A DNA stretch of 62,289 nt from an uncultured Syntrophomonadaceae bacterium (GTDB lineage: Bacteria > Bacillota > Dethiobacteria > DTU022), in the NCBI GenBank assembly GCA_964463285.1, contig CAYXBB010000001.1:1-62289 (forward strand), in the 5' to 3' direction. The stretch's first letter is position 1, and each line of letters starts with the position of its first letter. Under the pieces are notes generated by a model that was not told the DNA's origin, did no database searches, and saw only the letters and a list, made by a program, of their open reading frames with translations. The translations under genes and the position numbers were made by a program. Shown here one piece after another: positions 25,209-35,849 of the stretch.

Positions 25209-26530
25209 TCTCCTCTCCTGGATCTTTTATTTATAATGAATCGGATCGGCGTCCCGAAATATTCAAAGCTCTCCCGAAGGCGGTTTTCAAGATATCGCAG
25301 ATACGAAAAATGCATTAACCGGGGATCATTGACAAACAGCACAAATGTAGGAGGGCTTATCTTAGGTTGGGTGGCATAATAAATTTTCAGGCGCCGCCCT
25401 TTAACGGTGGGGGGAGGGGTCATAAGCACAGCGTCGGCTACCAGCTGGTTTAACCAGGAGGTAGGCAATCGCCGGCGTTGTTCTTCCCAGATCCGGTTAA
25501 TTAACGGAAACAGCCTCTCCACCCGGCGCCCGGTTAACGCCGAGATGAATGTAATCGGAGCATAACCGGCAAAGGCTATTTTATGTCTAATATCCTTCTC
25601 CAACTGCCGGCGGGACTCCTCTTTTGTCTCCACTAGATCCCATTTATTGACTACCAGTATCAGCCCTTTTCCCGCCCCATCGATATATCCGGCCAGTTTG
25701 ATATCCTGCTCGGTTACCCCCTCCGCCCCATCCAAAAGTAGTAAAGCCAGATCTGAACGATCTGCTGCGCCAAGGGAGCGGAGCACGCTGTAATATTCCA
25801 CCTTTTCTTTTACCTGGCTTTTCTTTCGTACCCCTGCAGTGTCAATTAATATGTAGTTTCGATTTTTGTACTGAAACCGGCTATCAACCGCTTCCCGGGT
25901 AGTTCCCGGCTGTTCACTGACGATAACCCTTTCTTCTCCCAGTAGGGTATTAACCAAAGATGATTTGCCGACATTCGGACGTCCCATTACCGCAACCTTT
26001 ATGGTATCGGGAGGGTAAAGCGGATCCTCCTGCTCTGGAAGAGCACTATAAATATTATCCAGCAGATCACCGATTCCCCGGCCGTGGGCGGAGGACACCG
26101 GTTGGGGTTCTCCCAGTCCCAGGCTATAAAATGAATACAGATAATAGTGGTCCTCCGGGGTGTCCACCTTGTTTACTACCGGAATAATGGGTTTACCGCT
26201 GCGGCGTAAAAAAGAGGCTATCTCTCCATCAAGCGGGGTAAGTCCTTCCCGGGCATCAAGGATCAGCAAAATTACCGCCGCCTCTTCGATCGCCACCTCT
26301 GCCTGCCGGCGCACCTGTTCGGAGAGTAAGTTTTCACGTTCAAAGGTAACTCCTCCGGTATCTATAATCGTAAACTGCCGGCCGCTCCACTCTACAAGGC
26401 CATAAAGCCTGTCCCGAGTAATTCCGGGCATTTTTTCCACTATTGCCGTGCGGGCGGAGGTCAGGCGATTAAACAAAGTGGATTTTCCTACATTGGGGCG
26501 GCCTACAATCGCTACCAGATTGCCGGGCAC
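25199..26530 (-). CDS. der: Ribosome biogenesis GTPase Der
   Basis: Two GRPNVGKS G-domains and a KH-like C-terminal domain. Confidence 0.98.
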   Translation of the reverse strand: MPGNLVAIVGRPNVGKSTLFNRLTSARTAIVEKMPGITRDRLYGLVEWSGRQFTIIDTGGVTFERENLLSEQVRRQAEVAIEEAAVILLILDAREGLTPLDGEIASFLRRSGKPIIPVVNKVDTPEDHYYLYSFYSLGLGEPQPVSSAHGRGIGDLLDNIYSALPEQEDPLYPPDTIKVAVMGRPNVGKSSLVNTLLGEERVIVSEQPGTTREAVDSRFQYKNRNYILIDTAGVRKKSQVKEKVEYYSVLRSLGAADRSDLALLLLDGAEGVTEQDIKLAGYIDGAGKGLILVVNKWDLVETKEESRRQLEKDIRHKIAFAGYAPITFISALTGRRVERLFPLINRIWEEQRRRLPTSWLNQLVADAVLMTPPPTVKGRRLKIYYATQPKISPPTFVLFVNDPRLMHFSYLRYLENRLRESFEYFGTPIRFIINKRSRRGEWP

Positions 26531-26545
26531 CTAGCTTCCCCCTCT

Positions 26546-27898
26546 CTATCGGTTTGATTCTGGTTTTTTGTTGATGGCCCCGGCCAGTTTGCCAAGTTCT
26601 CGGGCAAAATGTATGGGACCGTTTACCGGAATTAGTGATATGCGCAAGCAGCGTTCAACTTGGTCCGGGGTTAAGTCGTCCAAAAACAAGTTCCCTCCGT
26701 TGTTCTTAAGCATGGCCGCAGGAAAAAATACCGTTTCACCCGGGATAACATTCCGCAGGCCATCTTTTAAATCTTTCCCGGTAAGCAGGCCGGCCGCCGT
26801 AACCGCCTCTCCAAAAAATCTATTTTTGATAACCAGCAGCTCGGCTTCCAGGCGGTTTATAAGCCCCAGTCTACCCAGCAGTTGTTCAAGCAGGTGAGCT
26901 GCTTCTACTCCGGTAACCAGGGTTATCTTTAAACGACGGGAAAAAGCGGCGGGCAGGGAGCTGTCTATTTCTGCCAATTCCTCTAAAAACAGGCGGGCCA
27001 TCCCCACCCCGTTTTCCAACTGGGGGAATCTTTCGTACTCTTCAATCTCCGGATAAGGGGTGTTTGCCAGGCGGTAAAATTCATCGGATAAAAAAACAAA
27101 CCTGCTTCCCCGCCCGTTTAAGAAACTGTTTTGCAGTCCCCGGATCTGTGCGATCACTTTGCAGGCCTCCACAGAAGTCAGGCGGCGCAGTATCGTGGGG
27201 GGCTCCCCATGCGCGGTTAATCCTACTGGAACCACGGCCACACTTAACATTGATTCGCCCATACTTTCCAGGTCTGTTACCGTTTTTAACAGATCCGCCC
27301 CCAAATTATACCCCGGGCACAGCACTATTTGGGCATGAATTTTTATCCCGGCGCGCAGCAAATATTTGAGATTTTCGAGACCGCGGCCGGCCTGTGGGTT
27401 CCGGAAAAGCCGACATCGCAGTTCCGGATTGGTGGAATGAACCGAAACATAAAGCGGAGAAAGCTGCAACTTTACTATGCGTTTCAACTCCCGATCGGTA
27501 AGGTTGTTTAAAGTAATATAGTTCCCATAAAGAAAAGAGAGGCGATAGTCATCATCCTTAAGGTACAGCGAATTTCGCATACCGGAAGGGTTTTGGTCTA
27601 CAAAGCAAAACAAGCAATGATTGCGACAACAGATCAGGGGAGCAATGGTGGGAGGGGTGAACTGCACGCCCAGAGGTCGGCAAGATGCCTTGTAAACAAT
27701 CATTCGGCGCAGGGGGCCGTTTCCGGTTTGTACCAGCAGGGACAGTCGTTCATCGGCTGCCCAGATCCGGTAATCGATTATATCACCCGAGGATCGCCGG
27801 CCATCCAGGCTCCATAGCCTATCCCCGGCAACTATCCCGGTCAAATCCGCTGGAGAACCGGGGGTTACTTTAGAAACCCTAGCCCCGTTCATGTTCAA
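26546..27898 (-). CDS. DUF512 / PDZ-radical-SAM-like protein (TIGR03279-like)
   Basis: N-terminal PDZ-like segment, CRNHCLFCFVDQNP, KDDDYRLSFLYGNYITL, QLENGVG, GNLFLDD. Confidence 0.85.
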   Translation of the reverse strand: MNMNGARVSKVTPGSPADLTGIVAGDRLWSLDGRRSSGDIIDYRIWAADERLSLLVQTGNGPLRRMIVYKASCRPLGVQFTPPTIAPLICCRNHCLFCFVDQNPSGMRNSLYLKDDDYRLSFLYGNYITLNNLTDRELKRIVKLQLSPLYVSVHSTNPELRCRLFRNPQAGRGLENLKYLLRAGIKIHAQIVLCPGYNLGADLLKTVTDLESMGESMLSVAVVPVGLTAHGEPPTILRRLTSVEACKVIAQIRGLQNSFLNGRGSRFVFLSDEFYRLANTPYPEIEEYERFPQLENGVGMARLFLEELAEIDSSLPAAFSRRLKITLVTGVEAAHLLEQLLGRLGLINRLEAELLVIKNRFFGEAVTAAGLLTGKDLKDGLRNVIPGETVFFPAAMLKNNGGNLFLDDLTPDQVERCLRISLIPVNGPIHFARELGKLAGAINKKPESNR

Positions 27899-27934
27899 TC
27901 TCCTTCCCGGAAATTCACTAGAAACGTTCTTTTA

Positions 27935-27964
27935 ATTATCACCGATCCCCGGGTTTGGTGTCAA
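27935..27964 (-). promoter_or_regulatory. Sigma-A promoter of the DUF512-der-plsY-gpsA operon
   Basis: TTGACA-N18-GATAAT. Confidence 0.6.
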
Positions 27965-28139
27965 CCGAAGGCCGGTGGCAAATTAACCAAAGGGTTGTTC
28001 TTGCCTCCTGTCCGCCGGGAATCACGGAGGCTGCATGGAATACCGCCCCTGCCTCATTTTTACTCGGACGGCCTAGTTCACCTTCAAGGATGGACTAGCC
28101 CTACCCCCGCAAACGCAAACAATTTGGAACCAGTACCGG

Positions 28140-28700
28140 TTAGCGGGTTAAGGCAAATAGATCGAATCGGTTTTCCAGCAGCTCCACCTGTTGAAGAAAC
28201 CTCCGGTAATTTAACCTTATCCCATAACACACCAGGAGGCGCCCGATAACCGTTATGCCCAGCCGGCGGGAAATAAACCCTCCGATGCGGGCTATCCAGT
28301 TTATTCCGGAGAAACAATCCAGGATCGCCGCCCTGCCGGGCGGCACCTCCAGCAGCGGCAATATTTCTTGCAGCAATCTTTTTATCTCTATTCTCCATTG
28401 CCTGCTACCCAATACATATATTTTATTACCACTTTGATCTTGACCCATGGGGTATAGGGAGCCTACATCATGGTTATTAATCCGATCAAAATAAGGCAAT
28501 CGGATCAATTCCTGATTAGTAGGGATTCTGTTTCGGGGAAGGAGATTAAGGTAAATTGAGGCGGCAATTACCGAGGAATGAGTTCCGCCGTAACATTGAA
28601 AAATCACCAGCTTCTCACCGGGTTTTTTTATCGCTTCCCTCAGGGAGGCCAGGGTCTTGAGGGCTATTTCTGCCGGGACCGCCGGAAGGGGCACAGTCAA
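28140..28700 (-). CDS. DUF3189-family protein (start uncertain)
   Basis: IFQCYGGTHSSV, GFISRRLG. Confidence 0.75.
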   Translation of the reverse strand: MTVPLPAVPAEIALKTLASLREAIKKPGEKLVIFQCYGGTHSSVIAASIYLNLLPRNRIPTNQELIRLPYFDRINNHDVGSLYPMGQDQSGNKIYVLGSRQWRIEIKRLLQEILPLLEVPPGRAAILDCFSGINWIARIGGFISRRLGITVIGRLLVCYGIRLNYRRFLQQVELLENRFDLFALTR

Positions 28701-28701
28701 T

Positions 28702-28896
28702 TCAATGCCGGACTAAAATATAAACCCCGTTCTCCAGATCATGGGCAACCCCACCGGTAATCCTGGAGAGATAGGCGGAAATCCGATCAAGCTCCGGCCG
28801 ATCCCGGGCAAAAAATATCGGTGCACCGCCGCCCTCCACCAGTTCAAGACTCAAGGTAACCACCGCCAGGATAGTTTGGTTTATTGAAATTCCCAA
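28702..28896 (-). CDS. Capping complex subunit for YIEGIA
   Basis: ILAVVT...GGGAPIFFA...HDLENGVYILVRH, next to YIEGIA. Confidence 0.8.
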   Translation of the reverse strand: MGISINQTILAVVTLSLELVEGGGAPIFFARDRPELDRISAYLSRITGGVAHDLENGVYILVRH

Positions 28897-28926
28897 CTTA
28901 GCTCATCGCCCTTCTTTCTTCCTCCA

Positions 28927-29817
28927 CTAATCGGCGGCCTTGTAACCCGCCCTGGATTTTAAGGGATAGGTAGTGGAGCTTTCCAGAACCGGCACCCTCT
29001 TGATCGCCATCAAAAGACACTCCATATCCATCTCCAGGGGAAAAATGATCATGGCCACCCGGCCGGTATCCAGATCTCTTCTCAGCAGCGGGGTAAATTC
29101 GGCGGTATCCATGTCTTTGTAAATCCCCAATTGAACAGAAGCATCATGGGCGATCGCCATTCTCTGACCGTTATTGCCCAGGATTTCCCGGGCATTATCA
29201 TCAAAGGGTTCCAGAATTACCCCCAGGCCCCGCTGCATTATCTTTTGGTGAACCTCTTCCCGGGCCAGATTGATCAGCTGGATATCTTCTACAAACAGGT
29301 TGGATCCTGCAAAGCGAATTTCTGCAGGACGAACCCGGGCTATTTCTTCTATAACCCGACCGTGCATTAACCGTTGAGCCACAGCCAAAACTAACCCTCC
29401 GATCAGCAGGCTAAAAATATAGTGAGCATAATAGGCCACCCCGCTTACCAGCAGGGAGATAAGTATAACCAGGTAGTTGCGGGCCTCAAACACCCGGGAT
29501 ATGCCTTCGATATAATCGGGCCCACGGGTGACCAGGTTGCCAAAATCGAGGGCAATGAGAGTCTTACGCTCCGTTTCCCGGACATCCCTGAATTGAGTGG
29601 CCGCCAAAGATAAAAATGTTACCGCGGTAAATTCTTTTTCTGCCAGTGCCGGAATGGCCAGCGCCCCAAGAACCGCTGCAATCAAACCCAGCGAGAGGTG
29701 GGTGATGTATCCGTGGGGGTATCCGGGGTACTGGCGGTAATCAGAGCGTAACAATAAATATCTTGCCGCTACCCCGAAGATAACTCCCAAACTAGTGGCC
29801 AGGATATACTTTTCCAT
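28927..29817 (-). CDS. YIEGIA-family membrane protein
   Basis: DYRQYPGYPHG, AATQFRDVR, YIEGISRVFEARNY. Confidence 0.9.
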   Translation of the reverse strand: MEKYILATSLGVIFGVAARYLLLRSDYRQYPGYPHGYITHLSLGLIAAVLGALAIPALAEKEFTAVTFLSLAATQFRDVRETERKTLIALDFGNLVTRGPDYIEGISRVFEARNYLVILISLLVSGVAYYAHYIFSLLIGGLVLAVAQRLMHGRVIEEIARVRPAEIRFAGSNLFVEDIQLINLAREEVHQKIMQRGLGVILEPFDDNAREILGNNGQRMAIAHDASVQLGIYKDMDTAEFTPLLRRDLDTGRVAMIIFPLEMDMECLLMAIKRVPVLESSTTYPLKSRAGYKAAD

Positions 29818-29838
29818 AATCTTTCGTCCAGCCGGTAA

Positions 29839-31041
29839 TCAGGAACCCGGCTCGTCATCTTTCCGTTTTCCCTTAGATTTAAACCCCTGGCTGAGATCGG
29901 CAAATTCACGACGGAAGAAAGAAACAATTTTCTCCCGCATCTCTTTCCAGCTACCGGCGGAGATCAACAGATAAATGAATACTGCCAGCACCAGGGCGAT
30001 TAACAATTTTAAAGCGCCCTGGGAAGCTATGCCGCCCCCCCCGGTTTGACCCTGTTGGGCATAAAGGTAAGTGTCCACTACATCGGCAAATAAAGCAACC
30101 GATTCTTCGGCTTGCTCTCGGGTGTTTGTATGCGCGCCTATTTCAATAAGGATGGCCCGGGGAGACAGATCCTGGTTATAGTTCCCCTGGGCCAGCAGGA
30201 TCCCCTTTATTAAACCCGGATGCCTGGAATCAGCCACCCGCTTTAGCTCTTCTGCAAAAAATTTATTACTACTTACATTCGGATTCTGGCGACCGACCAC
30301 CATCATAATCTGTACCAGATCACGGCCGTCTATATCCCGGTCATATTCCTCCGGTGGAACTGCATCCCGGTGGACATCAAACACCGCATCCAGATTGTCC
30401 GACACCAGATTTGTGGCTGTGCGCCGGGAACGGTTATAGGCCCCGGCATCATGGGGAACATGAGTTTCCTGTATATGCTCAACCGTTATCCCTTTGTTTT
30501 GTAGCGCTTCCCGGAAAGAGCGTCCTACCTTTATAATTCCACCGCCGGCATCATTGCTATCCACCCCATCACTGGGAACATAAGATTCTGCCCCATGGGA
30601 GTGATAAATGCCCACCGCTTCCCGGGCCTTCTGTACGGGTATAGCGGCCCCCCCTTTATTTTCAACCCCCGGATCCTCACTACTGGCTGCCGCATTCCCC
30701 CCCCTATCAGGTTTAGCCCAGGCGGTATCCTGATCAACTCTGGTTACCAGAAAAGATCTATTTTGATTATCAATGAATTGATCCCCGGCATGTAACAGCC
30801 GGGCGGTGTTCAAAATAACCTGGCCGGTAGTTTCATCTTTTAATACAAAATAGCCTTCTGTGCGTTCATCCAGATGATGTAGATCGAAATAATCGTTGTT
30901 AACCGCCTTTACAGGTGAAACCGGCGCTGTCATGATCAGCAATACCGCGGTTAGCAGCACAAATGTTGCCCGAACCCCGCCCATCGACAGTGGGTTAATT
31001 TTAACTTTCCTCCTCTGGTCAGCCTTGATCTTCATGCCCAT
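29839..31041 (-). CDS. spoIIP: Stage II sporulation protein P (autolysin)
   Basis: IYHSHGAESY, HDAGAYNRSRRT, FDVHRD, NYNQDLSPRAILIEIG. Confidence 0.88.
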   Translation of the reverse strand: MGMKIKADQRRKVKINPLSMGGVRATFVLLTAVLLIMTAPVSPVKAVNNDYFDLHHLDERTEGYFVLKDETTGQVILNTARLLHAGDQFIDNQNRSFLVTRVDQDTAWAKPDRGGNAAASSEDPGVENKGGAAIPVQKAREAVGIYHSHGAESYVPSDGVDSNDAGGGIIKVGRSFREALQNKGITVEHIQETHVPHDAGAYNRSRRTATNLVSDNLDAVFDVHRDAVPPEEYDRDIDGRDLVQIMMVVGRQNPNVSSNKFFAEELKRVADSRHPGLIKGILLAQGNYNQDLSPRAILIEIGAHTNTREQAEESVALFADVVDTYLYAQQGQTGGGGIASQGALKLLIALVLAVFIYLLISAGSWKEMREKIVSFFRREFADLSQGFKSKGKRKDDEPGS

Positions 31042-31705
31042 CTCCCTCCTCTCGGGATCCGCCCAGACTGCGCAGAAGCTCTTCCGGACGATCCATGCTG
31101 GGCCCCCCCGCCAGCCGTTCTCTTATTTCTCCGATCAGTTCTGCCAGCCCCAGGGCAATCAGCCCCGAAATAAGGACCGCATCAAATATGCCGGCTCCGC
31201 CGATAACCAGCTTGCTCGTTCCCCCGGTAAACCACAGTTCCAGTCTGGTCACAATATCGTTTAAAACCATTGCCCCTACACCGGCCATAAACGCGGAACG
31301 CCGGGAACGGCCGGAAAGATATCCCACCACTCCGGCCGCCAAGGCCACAATATAAAGAGGATCCAGTAGAAAGGCATAGGTGGGCTCCACCGGAAATATT
31401 TTCAAAACCCCATAAACCACTACGGCGGTAATCAATATCGCAATGGCCGCCCTGCTTTTCTCAGCGGTGGTCCCCGCTTTAACAAACAGGTAGATCACTA
31501 AAACTACCGGGATAATTCCCCCACCGATATTAATAGACAGGTTGGAGGTAAGCGGCAGAGCAGGTATAGCCCCCCCCACTATCATTGCTCCGATAAATAA
31601 CAGGGCTGTTCGATCTGTCAGTTGCAAACGATCCAGAACCCGCTGGGTCAACCCGAGAAAAACCAGCACAGATATAACCAGCAATATGATCATGCCGACA
31701 GGCAT
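31019..31705 (-). CDS. DUF1614-domain membrane protein
   Basis: QRVLDRLQL, NIGGGIIP, GRSRRSAF, GGAGIFDA. Confidence 0.8.
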   Translation of the reverse strand: MPVGMIILLVISVLVFLGLTQRVLDRLQLTDRTALLFIGAMIVGGAIPALPLTSNLSINIGGGIIPVVLVIYLFVKAGTTAEKSRAAIAILITAVVVYGVLKIFPVEPTYAFLLDPLYIVALAAGVVGYLSGRSRRSAFMAGVGAMVLNDIVTRLELWFTGGTSKLVIGGAGIFDAVLISGLIALGLAELIGEIRERLAGGPSMDRPEELLRSLGGSREEGDGHEDQG

Positions 31706-32048
31706 AGAAACCCCTCCTCGTGGGATTCATTGCTTTTGATATCTTTTCCCACGTTAACCTTATTATTCAGATTCAGGTTACGAGAGGTGCCCATGTTGGC
31801 ATTTTCTCTGAACAATTTTGGAGTGACAATATACAATATACTGAACAAAAATAATTCGCAGCCGGGGCCCCAGCCATGATATTCGTTCCCAGCGTAGGGG
31901 GCCACAGTCATACCGAGATAGAATTTACACCCATCGCGGATTGCTGGAGGGGTGCCAACGTAATGCTTCATACCATATTGAGGCTTGATAAATTTAAACA
32001 GTTGTAATTCAACGGCAGGTTAACAGGATATTAAAACCGGAAATCAAA

Positions 32049-33125
32049 TCAATCTATAGCCTCCTGAACGTGTGCCCGGGCCCCGGGATCTATTCCCCGC
32101 TGTCTGAGCCATTCGGCGGTAAAACCGGTAATAACCAGCGGAACGTTTTGTAGTTCCGCGAGGCTGCTCGCCCCGATCATAAGCATGATCGCTCGCAGAT
32201 CTTGTTCCAGCTTTCGAATTCGGTTCTGCAGGGCTATTCTTCCCTGTTTCAATAGTATGTAGGCCGGCCAGGCGGCCAGCCCCACCCCTTTTGCTCCCAA
32301 GGCCAGGGATTTGGCTAAATTCAAGCCGGAAGCCATCCCCCCGGCGGCAAAAACATCTACATTGCCGGCGGCGGCTAAAGTTTCGATCAGGCTGATCGCC
32401 GTAGGTATTCCCCAGTCCCGCAAATCCGGGGAAACCTTTTTGCTTTGCCGGCGGTGTTCAATCTCTATAAAATTGGTCCCCCCCTGTCCGCCTACATCCA
32501 GAGCGGCTACGCCCACGCCTTGCAGCTTTTGAGCCTGTTCCCAGGATATCCCGAACCCTACCTCTTTAACAATTACCGGCACTTTTACCCTGGAAACTAT
32601 TTCGGCCACCCGTTGCAAAATGCCCCGAAAACAGAAATCACCTTCGGTCATAGCTAGCTCCTGGGGAATGTTCAGGTGAATCTGAAGGGCATCGGCGTTG
32701 ATCATTCTCACCGCCCGGCGGGCTTGCTCCGGGGTGGCATACCATCCCAAATTAGCCCAAATCTCACCATTTGGATTAACCCGCCTTACCACCTGGAATG
32801 ATGAAATCGCCGGGGGATGGTGTAAGGCGGCCAATTGAGAGCCTACCGCCATCGGTAATCCACACTCTTTGGCTACCCGGGCCAGGCCGGCATTGATCCT
32901 ACCGGTACGGGGGGTTCCTCCGGTAATCGCGTTAATAAAAAGAGGTGACCGGTGTGCCTTTCCCAGGAAAGAAGTACTGATGGTCACCTCGTTTAAATTA
33001 CGTTCGGGCATACAATTATGGATGAAGTGTATATCGGAAAAATCGGCTTGTTTCGGGTGCTGCCGCTGATTTAATAAAATATGTTCTTCTTTACGGCGCA
33101 ACCTGCTGTCTTTATCCCTGTTCAT
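32049..33125 (-). CDS. fni: Type 2 isopentenyl-diphosphate delta-isomerase
   Basis: RKEEHI, INAITGG, VGSQ, QIHLN, VKEVGFG, GGTNF; start reset to ATG 33125. Confidence 0.95.
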   Translation of the reverse strand: MNRDKDSRLRRKEEHILLNQRQHPKQADFSDIHFIHNCMPERNLNEVTISTSFLGKAHRSPLFINAITGGTPRTGRINAGLARVAKECGLPMAVGSQLAALHHPPAISSFQVVRRVNPNGEIWANLGWYATPEQARRAVRMINADALQIHLNIPQELAMTEGDFCFRGILQRVAEIVSRVKVPVIVKEVGFGISWEQAQKLQGVGVAALDVGGQGGTNFIEIEHRRQSKKVSPDLRDWGIPTAISLIETLAAAGNVDVFAAGGMASGLNLAKSLALGAKGVGLAAWPAYILLKQGRIALQNRIRKLEQDLRAIMLMIGASSLAELQNVPLVITGFTAEWLRQRGIDPGARAHVQEAID

Positions 33126-35178
33126 CCTGGGAATTTGAAATTTCCCCTCCGATCTGTTCCTGGTTGTCCTCCTCGGCCCCGGCATCTGCCTGGTTTTCAA
33201 AAAGGCTTCCAAACACGTCTCCCAGGGTAACTCCCGAATTGTCGTTTTCCTCGGGCTGGTTCTTCTTTTCAGGTGGAACTGTATCCCTGGCCTCTTTTAC
33301 GCTAAGGCTGATCCTTTTGGCTTCCGGTTTTACATCCAGAATTTTAACCTTTGTTTCTTCACCTTCGGTCAGCACTTCCGAAGGATGTTTCACGTGGTAG
33401 TCGGCAATCTGCGAGATATGAACCAATCCTTCCAGCCCCGGCTTAATCTCTACAAACGCGCCAAAATTAACCAGTCGGGTGATCTTTCCCGTGATGATCA
33501 TTCCAGTTTTATAGTCCTGTTCTATACCGGACCAGGGATCCGGCAGGGCCTGTTTCAAGCTTAGGCTAATGCGTTCCCGCTCTATATTTACATCCAGCAC
33601 TTTTACCGAGATCTGTTCGCCAACTTTCAGCACTTCCTGGGGATGGCCCACCCGCTCCCAGGATAGTTCGGAGATGTGAATCAAACCATCAATACCGCCT
33701 ACATCTACAAACACTCCAAAATCCGTTAACCGGCGAACTGTTCCTTCTATAATTTCTCCCGCCTGCAAGGAGCTTAAGGTCTCGGTTTTTTTCTGAGCGA
33801 TCTCTTCTTCCAGTAGTTTTTTACGCGATAGGATTATCTTATCCTTTTCACGGTTGATTTCAATTACTTTGAACTGCATTATTTCATGTAAAAAAGGCTT
33901 GAAATCGGGGACATACCTGGTATCAACCAAAGATCCCGGCATAAATCCCTCAATTCCCGCGCCCAAATTTAACACCATGCCGGCAGGGACAACCTGCTTG
34001 ACCCGGCCTTCTTCCCGGGATTGGTTTTCCAGAGATTCCGCCAGCTCCTGCCAGCGTTTTTCCTTGGCCAGTCGCCGGTGGGATACCACTATTTTACCCT
34101 CCGCGTCATCGCTTTCGATTACTGTTACCTCTACCTCGGACCCCGGTGAAAAAAGATCGGCCAGGATCTCATCCTCGGTTACATATACCTCGGATCGCGG
34201 CAGCACGGCCTCGGTCTTGTATCCTATATCAAGCAGCACCTCGTCGGAGTCAACTTGCACTACCCGCCCCCTGGCTTGTTCGCCTACCAGAAAGGTTTTT
34301 ACCGAATCCGGGTAAGCAAATTGTTGTTCTTCGTTCTCAACTTCATAATTTTCGTTTTCCATTTTTTTAACAACCTCCTTAATCGTCCAATGGGGAGTAG
34401 ATGCACCAGCAGTTACCCCGACTATCTTGTATCGGTGCAAAAGCTTACCATTTAACTCCCCGGCGTCAATCACCCGGCAGGTTGGTTTAACAGAGCGGCA
34501 TTCTCTCACCAGAGACTCTGTATTGGCACTGGCAGCACTGCCCACTACCACCATTGCCTCTACATTTTGGGCTATCTGCCGCGCTTCTTCCTGCCTTAGT
34601 TTAACCTCCGGGCATAAGGTGTCAAACACCTGCCCTGCAGGCATTCTGGCTAAAAACGCTTCTTTGATCTGCTCAAAGAGCGCACCATTCCCGGTGGTTT
34701 GTGCTATCAGGGCCGCCGGATGTTCAATATCAGCCGCCTCAAGATCCTCCACACTGGAAACCACTACTGCTTTTCCACCGGCCCAACCTGCTATCCCTAC
34801 AACTTCGGGATGGCGGTATTGACCAAATATCACCAGGTTAACCCCCTCTTGGTTTAACCTGGCGGCAATCTGTTGAACACGCCTTACCCGTGGGCAGGTG
34901 GCATCCTGCAAGTTGATGGAAAGGTTCTTTATTTTTTCCATCAACTCTGGAGCCGCTCCATGGGCCCGGATAATCAGGGTGGTTCCTGCCGCCGGTTCGG
35001 GCTCTGCAATCGCTTCGATCCCTCGATCAGCCAGATAACTAATTACTGATTCATTATGAACCAGGGGGCCCAGGGTATATACCGGTTTATCTCTGGCTGC
35101 CTCTGCCAGGGCCATTTCCACTGCCCTGCGGACTCCCGGGCAAAACCCGGCATGTTCACCAACCATAACTTTCAACAA
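33112..35178 (-). CDS. ispH: Bifunctional IspH (HMBPP reductase) / ribosomal protein S1
   Basis: AGFCPGV, DATCP, HPEV, AQTT, DTLC, GASTP followed by four S1 domains (FGVFVDVGGIDGLIHISEL). Confidence 0.93.
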   Translation of the reverse strand: MLKVMVGEHAGFCPGVRRAVEMALAEAARDKPVYTLGPLVHNESVISYLADRGIEAIAEPEPAAGTTLIIRAHGAAPELMEKIKNLSINLQDATCPRVRRVQQIAARLNQEGVNLVIFGQYRHPEVVGIAGWAGGKAVVVSSVEDLEAADIEHPAALIAQTTGNGALFEQIKEAFLARMPAGQVFDTLCPEVKLRQEEARQIAQNVEAMVVVGSAASANTESLVRECRSVKPTCRVIDAGELNGKLLHRYKIVGVTAGASTPHWTIKEVVKKMENENYEVENEEQQFAYPDSVKTFLVGEQARGRVVQVDSDEVLLDIGYKTEAVLPRSEVYVTEDEILADLFSPGSEVEVTVIESDDAEGKIVVSHRRLAKEKRWQELAESLENQSREEGRVKQVVPAGMVLNLGAGIEGFMPGSLVDTRYVPDFKPFLHEIMQFKVIEINREKDKIILSRKKLLEEEIAQKKTETLSSLQAGEIIEGTVRRLTDFGVFVDVGGIDGLIHISELSWERVGHPQEVLKVGEQISVKVLDVNIERERISLSLKQALPDPWSGIEQDYKTGMIITGKITRLVNFGAFVEIKPGLEGLVHISQIADYHVKHPSEVLTEGEETKVKILDVKPEAKRISLSVKEARDTVPPEKKNQPEENDNSGVTLGDVFGSLFENQADAGAEEDNQEQIGGEISNSQDEQG

Positions 35179-35260
35179 CCTTCACTCCCTACAAATCCAA
35201 GGGCATCTACATTATTGCCCCACCTGAATTCCTTAATTCCGAATCAAACAGCTTTAGAAT

Positions 35261-35848
35261 TTAGTTTTGAATTAACAACTCCTTTATCCGGTTCATAATC
35301 ATTTCACTGGAGGTTTCCAAATAATCCTTGCGATCCCCTCCTTCCCGAGGAGGTATAAAAAACAAAGGGCCGAAGGTTACCTGCAAAGGTTTCCTCCAGC
35401 GGTAAGGGCCGGTAACCGCCACCGGCAGAATCGGTGCCCGGCTGCGAGCGGCAATCATGGCCGCGCCGGGATGAGCTGACTGAGGCAGCCCGTTTTTACT
35501 TCTTGTTCCCTCCGGGAATAAACAGATCACCCTGCCCTCCGCCAACAATTTCAGGGAAGTGCGAATGGCTGCATAGCCTACTCCTTTACGGTCGATGGGA
35601 AATGCGCCCATGCTCTTAATTATCGCCCCAAATAATAAGTTGTCAAATAGCTCCTGCTTGGCCATAAAATGTACAGTTAGTCTGGGCGGGACGGAACACC
35701 CTACCAGGGGGGGATCAAACCAACTGATATGATTGGAGCAGATAATGAAAGGTCCTGACGGAGGGATGTTTTCCAAACCGAAAATTTGCCACCGGTAGGC
35801 CAACTTAAAATAACCGCTGAATAACAAATGTCCCAGGCGATAAACCAC
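35261..35848 (-). CDS. plsC: 1-acyl-sn-glycerol-3-phosphate acyltransferase
   Basis: NHISWFDPP, FMAKQELF, FPEGTRS; GTG start at 35848. Confidence 0.93.
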   Translation of the reverse strand: MVYRLGHLLFSGYFKLAYRWQIFGLENIPPSGPFIICSNHISWFDPPLVGCSVPPRLTVHFMAKQELFDNLLFGAIIKSMGAFPIDRKGVGYAAIRTSLKLLAEGRVICLFPEGTRSKNGLPQSAHPGAAMIAARSRAPILPVAVTGPYRWRKPLQVTFGPLFFIPPREGGDRKDYLETSSEMIMNRIKELLIQN

Positions 35849-35849
35849 C

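Noticed and set aside
31690-31971. 93-aa ORF upstream of DUF1614
   Set aside because: No RBS, overlaps the DUF1614 start, no recognisable family
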